Of a DNA stretch of 64,000 nt, positions 57,062 to 64,000 are shown piece after piece (position 1 is the stretch's first letter; each line of letters begins with the position of its first letter). The DNA comes from an uncultured Chloroflexia bacterium (GTDB taxonomy: Bacteria > Chloroflexota > Limnocylindria > Limnocylindrales > CSP1-4), in contig CAVYIM010000003.1 in NCBI GenBank assembly GCA_963768655.1, forward strand, positions 736,001 through 800,000, read 5' to 3'. Below the pieces are notes generated by a model. The model ran no database searches and was not told the DNA's origin. It saw nothing but the letters and a program-made list of their open reading frames with translations. The translations under genes and the position numbers were made by a program.

Positions 57062-58095
57062 CGGCTGCGCTGCCCGCGGTTCTGGCCATCGACGTTGGCA
57101 ACTCGAAGACGGACGTGGCCCTCGTCGGCGCAGACGGGGCGGTCCTGGGCGCGTCGAGAGGCCCGACGGCGTCGCACCAGCAGGTGGGCTCGGAGAGAGG
57201 CTCCGCGATCCTGGTGTCGTTGGTGGAGCGGGCCTGCGCGCAGGCCGGTCTCGACGCGAGGGTGCGGCCGGCCGCGCATCTGGCGGTCTACTGCGCGGCC
57301 GGCGTGGACCTTCCGAGCGACGAGCGGTTGCTCGCCGCGGAGCTCCGACGGATCGGGCTGGCCGCCTCCGACCTGGTCATCAACGATTGCTACGGAGGCC
57401 TGCGCGCCGGCACGAGCCGGACCTGGGGAGTCTGCGTCATCAGCGGCAGCGGCATGAACTGCCTCGGCGTGTCACCCGGCGGCCACGTGGCGCAATTCGA
57501 GGCGCTGGGAAGTCTGTCGGGGGACTGGGGAGGCGGTGGCGCGGTGGGCCTGGCGGGCCTGGCGGCGGCTGTTCGGGCCCAGGACGGTCGCGGTCCGGCC
57601 ACCATCCTCGAGCGGATCGTGCCGGCCCACTTCGGCGTGGCTCGACCGCGGTCCTTGAGTGTGGCCATGTATCGAGAGCGCATTCCCTACGCCCGCCACC
57701 TGGAAATCGCCCCCCTCGTCTTCGAGGCCGCGGCCGGGGACGACGCGGTGGCCCGGTCGATCATCGACCGACTTGCCGACGAGGTCGTAGCCTGGGCCGG
57801 CGCCGCGATCCGGCGGCTGCGCATGCAACGCCTCGACCCACACGTCGTGCTTGCCGGCGGCATCTTCCAGGCCGAGGATCCGCTCTTCTACGAGCGCATC
57901 GGCAGAGGCATAACGGCCGTCGCGGCTGCGGCGCAAGTTCGCCGGCTCACCGCACCGCCGGTCGTCGGCGCCGCCCTGCTGGGCTTCGACCGTCTCCATG
58001 ACTCACCGACGCCGCCGGACCTGGAGCGCCGTTTGCGCGCCGAGCTCACCCACGAGCGCCTGTCGCAGGGCGCGGCCCGGGGCAGCCTCGACTGA
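57058..58095 (+). CDS. BadF/BadG-type sugar kinase (GlcNAc/amino-sugar kinase-like)
   Basis: IDVGNSKTD, INDC, SGSGMNC, SGDWGGG, VLAGG; TTGA overlap with the ROK stop. Confidence 0.88.
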   Translation: MTAALPAVLAIDVGNSKTDVALVGADGAVLGASRGPTASHQQVGSERGSAILVSLVERACAQAGLDARVRPAAHLAVYCAAGVDLPSDERLLAAELRRIGLAASDLVINDCYGGLRAGTSRTWGVCVISGSGMNCLGVSPGGHVAQFEALGSLSGDWGGGGAVGLAGLAAAVRAQDGRGPATILERIVPAHFGVARPRSLSVAMYRERIPYARHLEIAPLVFEAAAGDDAVARSIIDRLADEVVAWAGAAIRRLRMQRLDPHVVLAGGIFQAEDPLFYERIGRGITAVAAAAQVRRLTAPPVVGAALLGFDRLHDSPTPPDLERRLRAELTHERLSQGAARGSLD

Positions 58096-58135
58096 GTCGG
58101 AGCGGCGACGCCGGCGCGTCGGGCAGGAGGCCTGC

Positions 58136-59599
58136 CTAGGGCAGGGGCGGCAGTGACGCCGCCGCGACCGCCTGGCCGTGCCGCTTGTCGCGCTCGGAGA
58201 CGGATTGGAACCGCAGGCGCTCGGCGAGCGAAGGACTCTCGGCGATCAGCACGGCTCGCGCCTGCTCCCGGATGACCTCGCCCCCTTCGCCGGTCAGGAC
58301 GCGGCCGAGGAGCAGCACCTGTTCGAACTCGTAGAAGGCGCGGTACTCGAGCAGGGCGTAGCCGAGGTACGTCCCGATGGTTTCGTAGACCGTGGCCGCC
58401 CTCCGGTCCCCCGCGGCCAGCAGCTCCTGGAGTCGCACGAGCCTCTCGGGCGGGGACGATCCCGCGTCGACGTCGATCCCGGCCCTGTCGAGCAGCCTGG
58501 TGACGGCCTGCTGGGACAGATACTGGGCGCCGCAGCCCCGATCGCCTGACCATTCGTCCGCCGGCGCGTCGGGCGCGTAGTCGAGAGGCACGAAGGCAAG
58601 CTCGTTGAGCCACTCCGTGAGGCCCCCATCCGCGGTCACGTAGCCTGCAGCCTCGCTCGACCCCATGGCGATCCCGAGCAGCTCGCCCGCGCCTGAGATC
58701 ATGGACCCCGCCAGCGCCGTTACCTCGCCGTCGTTCACGACCACGAACGGAACGCCGCCCCAGGCGCGCCGCAGCTCTTCGAAGATGCCGCGTACGCGGC
58801 CGTCGAAGAGATCCCTGGGCACGGCCCGGAAGAGAGAGGCGACCCGAACCTCGCCGTCGACGTAGATGCCGGCCGCGCTCCCGCCGATCGCGTCCACTCG
58901 CGGCAGATGGTCGGCGGCGCTACGCAGCGAGGCCATGATCTGGTCCACGTGCCACTGAGGGTCGCCGTGTTTCCCGGGGTCCCACGAGACTTCCTCGCTG
59001 AAGACGACCTTCCCGTCGATCACAGCCGCCGCCTTGCGGTCGCTGGCGCCGAGGTCGAATCCTATCCGGCAGCCCTCGATGTGCCGCCCGAGGGCCCTGG
59101 TCGAGTCGCGTGGCGCCGGGATCTCGTCGGGTGACACCCGGACGAGCTCGAACGGCCTCCGATATACGTCGCCCATGACGCGGGCATCGAAAACGCCGGC
59201 AGGATCCTCCGCATAGTGACGGGTCAGGGCCTCGGCGAGCCCGGATGGGCCGGCGACGAGGACCCGGCTGCCGCCGCGCGACCACAGAAGGGACTTGAGC
59301 AGGCGCTCCGCGAACCAGTGGCCGAGCGCGGCATCGGGGTGCCCATCGGCGAGGACCCAGGTGCGACGCACGGAGATCGAGCCGCCCGGCTGCTCGACTG
59401 CGATCGCGGCCGGCTCACAGCGGGCCCAGGCGCGCAGCAAGGACTCCGCGCGCGCCCGCGCCAGGAACGCCGGGTGGAAGCCGGGGTCGAGCGGTGCGCC
59501 AATTCGCGGTGCGAGGAGGAGCGGCGAGATCCCTGCCGGTCTGACGGAACCGCCACTGGCGATGCTGGACGGCTCGCCGTCGGGCGCGCTCTCGCTCAC
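58136..59599 (-). CDS. Long ROK-like kinase without HTH
   Basis: GFDLGASDRK, VNDGEVTALAG, AMGSSEAAGY, WLNELAF; GTGA overlap with the nagA stop. Confidence 0.8.
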   Translation of the reverse strand: MSESAPDGEPSSIASGGSVRPAGISPLLLAPRIGAPLDPGFHPAFLARARAESLLRAWARCEPAAIAVEQPGGSISVRRTWVLADGHPDAALGHWFAERLLKSLLWSRGGSRVLVAGPSGLAEALTRHYAEDPAGVFDARVMGDVYRRPFELVRVSPDEIPAPRDSTRALGRHIEGCRIGFDLGASDRKAAAVIDGKVVFSEEVSWDPGKHGDPQWHVDQIMASLRSAADHLPRVDAIGGSAAGIYVDGEVRVASLFRAVPRDLFDGRVRGIFEELRRAWGGVPFVVVNDGEVTALAGSMISGAGELLGIAMGSSEAAGYVTADGGLTEWLNELAFVPLDYAPDAPADEWSGDRGCGAQYLSQQAVTRLLDRAGIDVDAGSSPPERLVRLQELLAAGDRRAATVYETIGTYLGYALLEYRAFYEFEQVLLLGRVLTGEGGEVIREQARAVLIAESPSLAERLRFQSVSERDKRHGQAVAAASLPPLP

Positions 59600-60756
59600 G
59601 AAGCCGGCCCCGACTCGACCCTTTCCCGTCCAGGCTCGGGCTCCCACGCAATCGCTCCGTCCACGACCGTGACGACCGGCGTCCATTGCCGGTCGACCAG
59701 CACAAGGTCGGCCCCGCGGCCGACTTCCACGCGCCCGAGTGACTGGTCGAGCCCGAGGAGGCGCGCCGGGTTGAGCGTGGCCGTCCGCACCGCGACCGCC
59801 GGGTCGATGCCGGCGGCCACGACGAGATTGCGGAGGGCGCGGTGCAGGGGCAGAAGCGAGCCGGAGAGCGTCCCGTCGGGTAGCCGGCCGCAGGTGCCAT
59901 CCGAGATGTACTCGCGCCCGGCGATCCGGAAGGGACCCGGTGGCATCCCGAGTCCTGCCAGCGCGTCCGTGACGAGGACAAGCTCGTCGGGTGCCTTGGC
60001 GCGCGCCAGGAGCGCGATCGTCTCGAAGGCCAGGTGGTGGCCGTCGCCGATGAACCCAACGGGGAGGTGCGAGGCGAGCAGGTACCCGACCAGCCCGGGG
60101 TCGCGGTGCCGGAACGGACGCATCGCGTTGAAGATGTGCGTCCCGAAGCCAATGCCGGCCGCCGCTCCCGCGCGAGCCGTTTCCCAGGTCGCGTCGCTGT
60201 GGCCCATGGACACAACGACGCCCCGTTCCGCGAGATAGGCGATGAGCGCCTCGGAGCCGGGCAGCTCGGGAGCGATCGTCACGATCCGAACGTTACCGGC
60301 CATCAGCCAGCCGGCCGCCACGTCCACGCTCGGGCTTCGCAGGAGGGCCGGGTCGTGCGTGCCCGGATAGTTCGGGCTGAGGAACGGCCCCTCGATGTGT
60401 GCGCCGAGGATGTGCGCCGTGCCCGGACTCGGGGCGCGCCGCAGGTTCTCAAGCACCGGCCCGTACGCTTCGAGTGGCGACGTCACCACCGTGGGCACGA
60501 AGGCGGTCACGCCGAATCGCGGCAGGCGGCGGCAGACGAGGTCCATGTCCGCGTCCGGGTCCGAGAAGTCGAGCCCGAAAGCGCCGTTGATCTGGATGTC
60601 GATGAGCCCGGGCAGAATCGCCATCTCGGCACTGCCAAGGCTGTCACCGGTCGGGCCGTCGGCGGGGTCGATGGCCGAGACGCGGCCGTCCTCCACGGTG
60701 ACGAGGCTGAGGCCGCGGTCGTCGGGCGCAAACAGCCGGCCGAACAGACGGATCAT
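59596..60756 (-). CDS. nagA: N-acetylglucosamine-6-phosphate deacetylase
   Basis: PGLIDIQING, HIEGPF, GHSDA, HIFNAM, DGHH, VTDA, NPA. Confidence 0.93.
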   Translation of the reverse strand: MIRLFGRLFAPDDRGLSLVTVEDGRVSAIDPADGPTGDSLGSAEMAILPGLIDIQINGAFGLDFSDPDADMDLVCRRLPRFGVTAFVPTVVTSPLEAYGPVLENLRRAPSPGTAHILGAHIEGPFLSPNYPGTHDPALLRSPSVDVAAGWLMAGNVRIVTIAPELPGSEALIAYLAERGVVVSMGHSDATWETARAGAAAGIGFGTHIFNAMRPFRHRDPGLVGYLLASHLPVGFIGDGHHLAFETIALLARAKAPDELVLVTDALAGLGMPPGPFRIAGREYISDGTCGRLPDGTLSGSLLPLHRALRNLVVAAGIDPAVAVRTATLNPARLLGLDQSLGRVEVGRGADLVLVDRQWTPVVTVVDGAIAWEPEPGRERVESGPAS

Positions 60757-61781
60757 CGCGTCAGGGTGACCTTCTTGAGGTTGCGCGGAGCTTCCGTGTC
60801 GATGCCTCGTGCGCGGGCCAGGTGGTAGGCGAACAGCTGGGCGGGGATGATCGCGACGAGGGGAGCCAGCCATTCCGGGACGGGTGGCAGGAGAACTCCA
60901 TCGCCCATTTCGAGCGCGGCCCGGTCGTTGGACAGGACCAACAACCTGGCCTGGGCGGCCCGGAGCCGGCCGAGCAGCTCGATCATGCCGGGCAGCGCCT
61001 TGCCCGACGTCGCGATGGCGAGGACAGGGAATCCTTCCTCGATGAGGGCGATCGGCCCGTGCTGGAAGTCGGCTGCGGAATACGGGTCGGCGAGCACGTA
61101 CGCGAGCTCCTTGAGCTTCAGAGCCCACTCCCGTGCCGTCGCGTACTGGAAGCCTCGGGCCAGCACCGCGCAGCGCTGCTCCTCCGCCCATGCGGCGGCG
61201 AGCCGGACGACCTGGGCCTCGACCTCGAAAGTCGCCCGGAGGGCGGTCGGAAGCGCGGCAAGCTGCTCCGCCGACTCACGGTCTCCCGACAGGGCCGACG
61301 AGAGCATGGCGATGAGGGCAGTCTCGGCAAGGTACGTCTTGGTCGCGGCGACGGCACGCTCCGGACCGGCCTCCAGCTCGATCACGTGGTCGGCGGCCGC
61401 CGCCAGGCCCGAGGTTGGGTCGTTCGTGATCCCGACCGTGAGCGCCCCCTGGCGGCGTGCCTCCGCGAGCACGGAAACCACGTCGGGCGACTGCCCGGAC
61501 TGGGAGATCCCGAGCACGAGCGCATTGCAGAACCGAGGAGGGGCGTCGTAGAGCGTCACCAGCGACGGTGCCGCGAGAGCGACGAGGAGCCGGTTCCGGG
61601 CGCCAAGGACGTACTGGGCGTAGATGGCGGCGTGGTCGGACGTGCCGCGTGCGGCGATCACGACGAGATCGATGGGCCGCGCGCGGACGGCGCGGGCCAC
61701 TTCGTCGATCGGCCCCACGGCCCTCTCGAGTAGCCGCTCGACGGTCGTCGGGCTCTCTCCCAGTTCACTGCGGGTTGTCAT
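60753..61781 (-). CDS. Double-SIS protein, probable glucosamine-6-phosphate deaminase (NagB-II type)
   Basis: ARGTSDHA, SQSGQSPD, AATKTY, EWALKLKE, HGP, PRNLKKVT; no glutaminase domain. Confidence 0.88.
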   Translation of the reverse strand: MTTRSELGESPTTVERLLERAVGPIDEVARAVRARPIDLVVIAARGTSDHAAIYAQYVLGARNRLLVALAAPSLVTLYDAPPRFCNALVLGISQSGQSPDVVSVLAEARRQGALTVGITNDPTSGLAAAADHVIELEAGPERAVAATKTYLAETALIAMLSSALSGDRESAEQLAALPTALRATFEVEAQVVRLAAAWAEEQRCAVLARGFQYATAREWALKLKELAYVLADPYSAADFQHGPIALIEEGFPVLAIATSGKALPGMIELLGRLRAAQARLLVLSNDRAALEMGDGVLLPPVPEWLAPLVAIIPAQLFAYHLARARGIDTEAPRNLKKVTLTR

Positions 61782-63421
61782 GCGGGTGCCTCCAGTGCCA
61801 CGGGAAGCGTACCGGTAAAGGGGATGCGGCCCAGAAGCGCGTCGGCGAGCGCCTCCATCTGCGGTGGTTGGATCCCGTAGGTGCAGGCGCAGAGCGGCGC
61901 CTCAGGGTAGCGCTCGATGTCGAACGGCCCACGGAGCGCGACTGCGATGACGCGGCGATCCGCCCCCGAAGCGGACCGACCCGGCACCGTGCTCGACCCA
62001 CTCACGCCACCTGACGGTTCTGCCCCGATGACCGCGCGGACGACGTCCGCCTGCCCGAGGTGACCGAACCCGTCGAATGTCCCCACGATCACGACGTCGT
62101 GGTCGTGCACGGCTTCCGCGAGGGCGGCGACCTCCGCGGGGGTCGGGTCGAGAGGCGCGACCAGTTCGTCGACTCGCAGCCCGCCATGGCGCAGCGCGTC
62201 GGCGAGCGAGAGCCGGAGATACGAGGCGCTCTCCGCGGGCGTCAGGTCGACCGGGACGGGAGCCACGATCGCGACCCTTGCGCCGGGCTCGAGGCTCAAC
62301 GGGACGCTGCCGGCGCGGTCCCGAACCAGCGTGACGGAACGCTCGGCGACCTCGCGCGCCAGCGCGCGATGGGCGCGTGAGTCGACCACGTCCAGCGGCG
62401 GCTGACCGTTGCCGGCACCGAGCCAGCGTCGCAGGGCCATGATCCGGCCATGGGAATCTGCGAGCGCGTCGGCACCGAGCCGGCCATCCTTCGCCGCCCG
62501 CAGGAGCGACTCGTAGGCCAGGTCCTCGGTCGCGGGGTCGTGGAGCATCAGCAGCAGGTCCATCCCGGCACGCGCCGCCTCCACCACCGTCAAGTCGACC
62601 CGGTCGCCGGCACCGGCACCGCTCATGTCGAGGGCGTCGCTCACGATGACGCCCTCGAAGCCCAACCGGCCTCGCAGGAGCCCCCGCAGGATCTCGGGGG
62701 CGACCGTCGCCGGCACCGCCCGGCCGTCCGTCAGCGCGGGCACCGCGAGATGTCCCGGCATGACGACCCGGCCGCCGGCGGCGATCGCGGCCCGGAACGG
62801 GACCAGCTCCTCGGCTTCCAGCGCGGCGAGGTCGCGGCGCAGAATCGGCAGCGTGTTGTGCGAGTCGCCGACGGCCGACCCGTGGCCCGGGAAGTGCTTG
62901 AGCGTGGCCGCGACGCCGGCTTCCTGGATCCCGCTCGTCATTGCCGCGGCGAGCCGTCCCGCCAGCGCCGGGTCGTCGCCGAAGGGTCTCGTCCCGAGGT
63001 TGGTCGCCGTCTCGCGGTGGAGCAGGTCGCAGACCGGTGCCAGGAGCAGCGTGACTCCCATCGCCGCCACCTCGCTCGCGATCGCACGTCCGACGCGCCG
63101 CGCCAGCTCCTCTGAACGCGCCGCGCCGAGCGCGAGGTTGCCCGGCCATGCCGTCGCGCCCTCTCCGACCGCCTGCAGCTGCCCGCCCTCCTGATCGAGC
63201 CCGATCACGAGTGGGGGGTCGTCCACCGGCCTTGCGGCCTGGAGCGTGCCGCACAGCTCCCGCACCTGGGCTGGAGACCGAACGTTCTTCGCGCGGAAGA
63301 GCGTGACTCCGCCGGCACGTCGACCGGCGATCGCGTCGAGGATATGAGGCGTCGGTTCGGTGCCCTCGAACGTGCGCAGCAAGCGCGGCCCGACGAGTGC
63401 GGCCGCTTCGGATTCGTTCAC
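61778..63421 (-). CDS. nagZ: GH3 beta-N-acetylglucosaminidase
   Basis: DQEGG, KHFPGHG....DSH (Asp-His dyad), SDALDM nucleophile; no signal peptide. Confidence 0.88.
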   Translation of the reverse strand: MNESEAAALVGPRLLRTFEGTEPTPHILDAIAGRRAGGVTLFRAKNVRSPAQVRELCGTLQAARPVDDPPLVIGLDQEGGQLQAVGEGATAWPGNLALGAARSEELARRVGRAIASEVAAMGVTLLLAPVCDLLHRETATNLGTRPFGDDPALAGRLAAAMTSGIQEAGVAATLKHFPGHGSAVGDSHNTLPILRRDLAALEAEELVPFRAAIAAGGRVVMPGHLAVPALTDGRAVPATVAPEILRGLLRGRLGFEGVIVSDALDMSGAGAGDRVDLTVVEAARAGMDLLLMLHDPATEDLAYESLLRAAKDGRLGADALADSHGRIMALRRWLGAGNGQPPLDVVDSRAHRALAREVAERSVTLVRDRAGSVPLSLEPGARVAIVAPVPVDLTPAESASYLRLSLADALRHGGLRVDELVAPLDPTPAEVAALAEAVHDHDVVIVGTFDGFGHLGQADVVRAVIGAEPSGGVSGSSTVPGRSASGADRRVIAVALRGPFDIERYPEAPLCACTYGIQPPQMEALADALLGRIPFTGTLPVALEAPA

Positions 63422-63475
63422 CGTCGTCGCCTCGTGCCTGTGGCCGCGGCCGACCCGCCGCCACCGCGCCCGCCG

Positions 63476-64000
63476 TTACCTCTTGGCCTTGCCCAGCTCC
63501 GTGAGGACCGCGCGGAACGGCTCCGCGTAGCCGGTGAAGCCGGCGAAGAGACGCCAGACCTCCTCCGGCGGGCGGCCCGACCTCATCAACCCCGTGCTCC
63601 AGCTCTTCGCGTTCGCGCCGGTCCGTGGACCGAAGCAGCCGTAGCAGCCCCGGCCGTAGGTCGGGCAGAGCGCGTTGCAGCCGGACGCAGTGACGGGGCC
63701 CATGCAGGCCTCGCCGGAGGCCACGACCATGCAGACGATGCCCTTGCGCTTGCATTCACGGCAGACCGCCTCTTCGCGGATCTGCGGCCGGCGGCCTACG
63801 AGAACGGCCGTCAGCAGCTCCAGGAGCTGCCCGCCGTCGATGGGGCAGCCTCGCAGCTCGGCGTCCACCTTGACGTGGTCCGAGACGGCCGTCGCGGTTG
63901 CGAGCGACTCGACCCATTCGGGGTGCTCGTAGATCGCGGCGCGATAGGCGTCGTGGTCGGCCCAGTTGCGCATCGCCTGGATGCCACCGGCCGTGGCGCA
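63476..64000 (-). CDS. NiFe-hydrogenase small subunit (group 3b/sulfhydrogenase delta-like), 3' part
   Basis: CATAGGIQA, GCP, CxxC, CMGPVT..GC.A.CP...RGCYGCFG; continues beyond the window. Confidence 0.88.
   Translation of the reverse strand, partial: CATAGGIQAMRNWADHDAYRAAIYEHPEWVESLATATAVSDHVKVDAELRGCPIDGGQLLELLTAVLVGRRPQIREEAVCRECKRKGIVCMVVASGEACMGPVTASGCNALCPTYGRGCYGCFGPRTGANAKSWSTGLMRSGRPPEEVWRLFAGFTGYAEPFRAVLTELGKAKR

Overview
High-GC bacterial window; the gene set suggests Chloroflexota, possibly Limnocylindria, but that is inference. In order it contains: (1) a surface-polysaccharide cluster, 1-18.5 kb; (2) a split MgtE-cytosolic-domain + NRAMP-like transporter with a long structured leader, a GAF-GGDEF cyclase, PolX-PHP and a kelch lipoprotein; (3) a HipA-like kinase/DUF3037 pair, a TPR-HIRAN-like protein and a 1015-aa degenerate methyltransferase/nuclease-like protein; (4) DUF885, an ankyrin + cysteine-desulfurase-like pair, an IclR regulator with a structured 5' leader, and MscS; (5) a pseudo-receiver-ParA/CpaE ATPase downstream of two tandem coiled-coil paralogs that share a conserved 68-bp upstream element; (6) thyX, satD-DUF3307 and a RipA/Pycsar-effector-like membrane protein, a 190-bp MITE-like element, and ldh; (7) a large GlcNAc/chito-oligosaccharide utilisation locus; (8) the 3' end of a group 3b-type NiFe-hydrogenase small subunit. 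I saw no rRNA, tRNA, CRISPR array or transposase. Two single-base frameshifts and one probable CTG start codon were found. The best candidates for undescribed biology are the coiled-coil/ParA module with its duplicated cis-element, the Mg-transporter leader, the TPR-HIRAN + dead-MTase-nuclease pair and the SatD module. All family assignments come from motif recognition by eye; no database searches were run.
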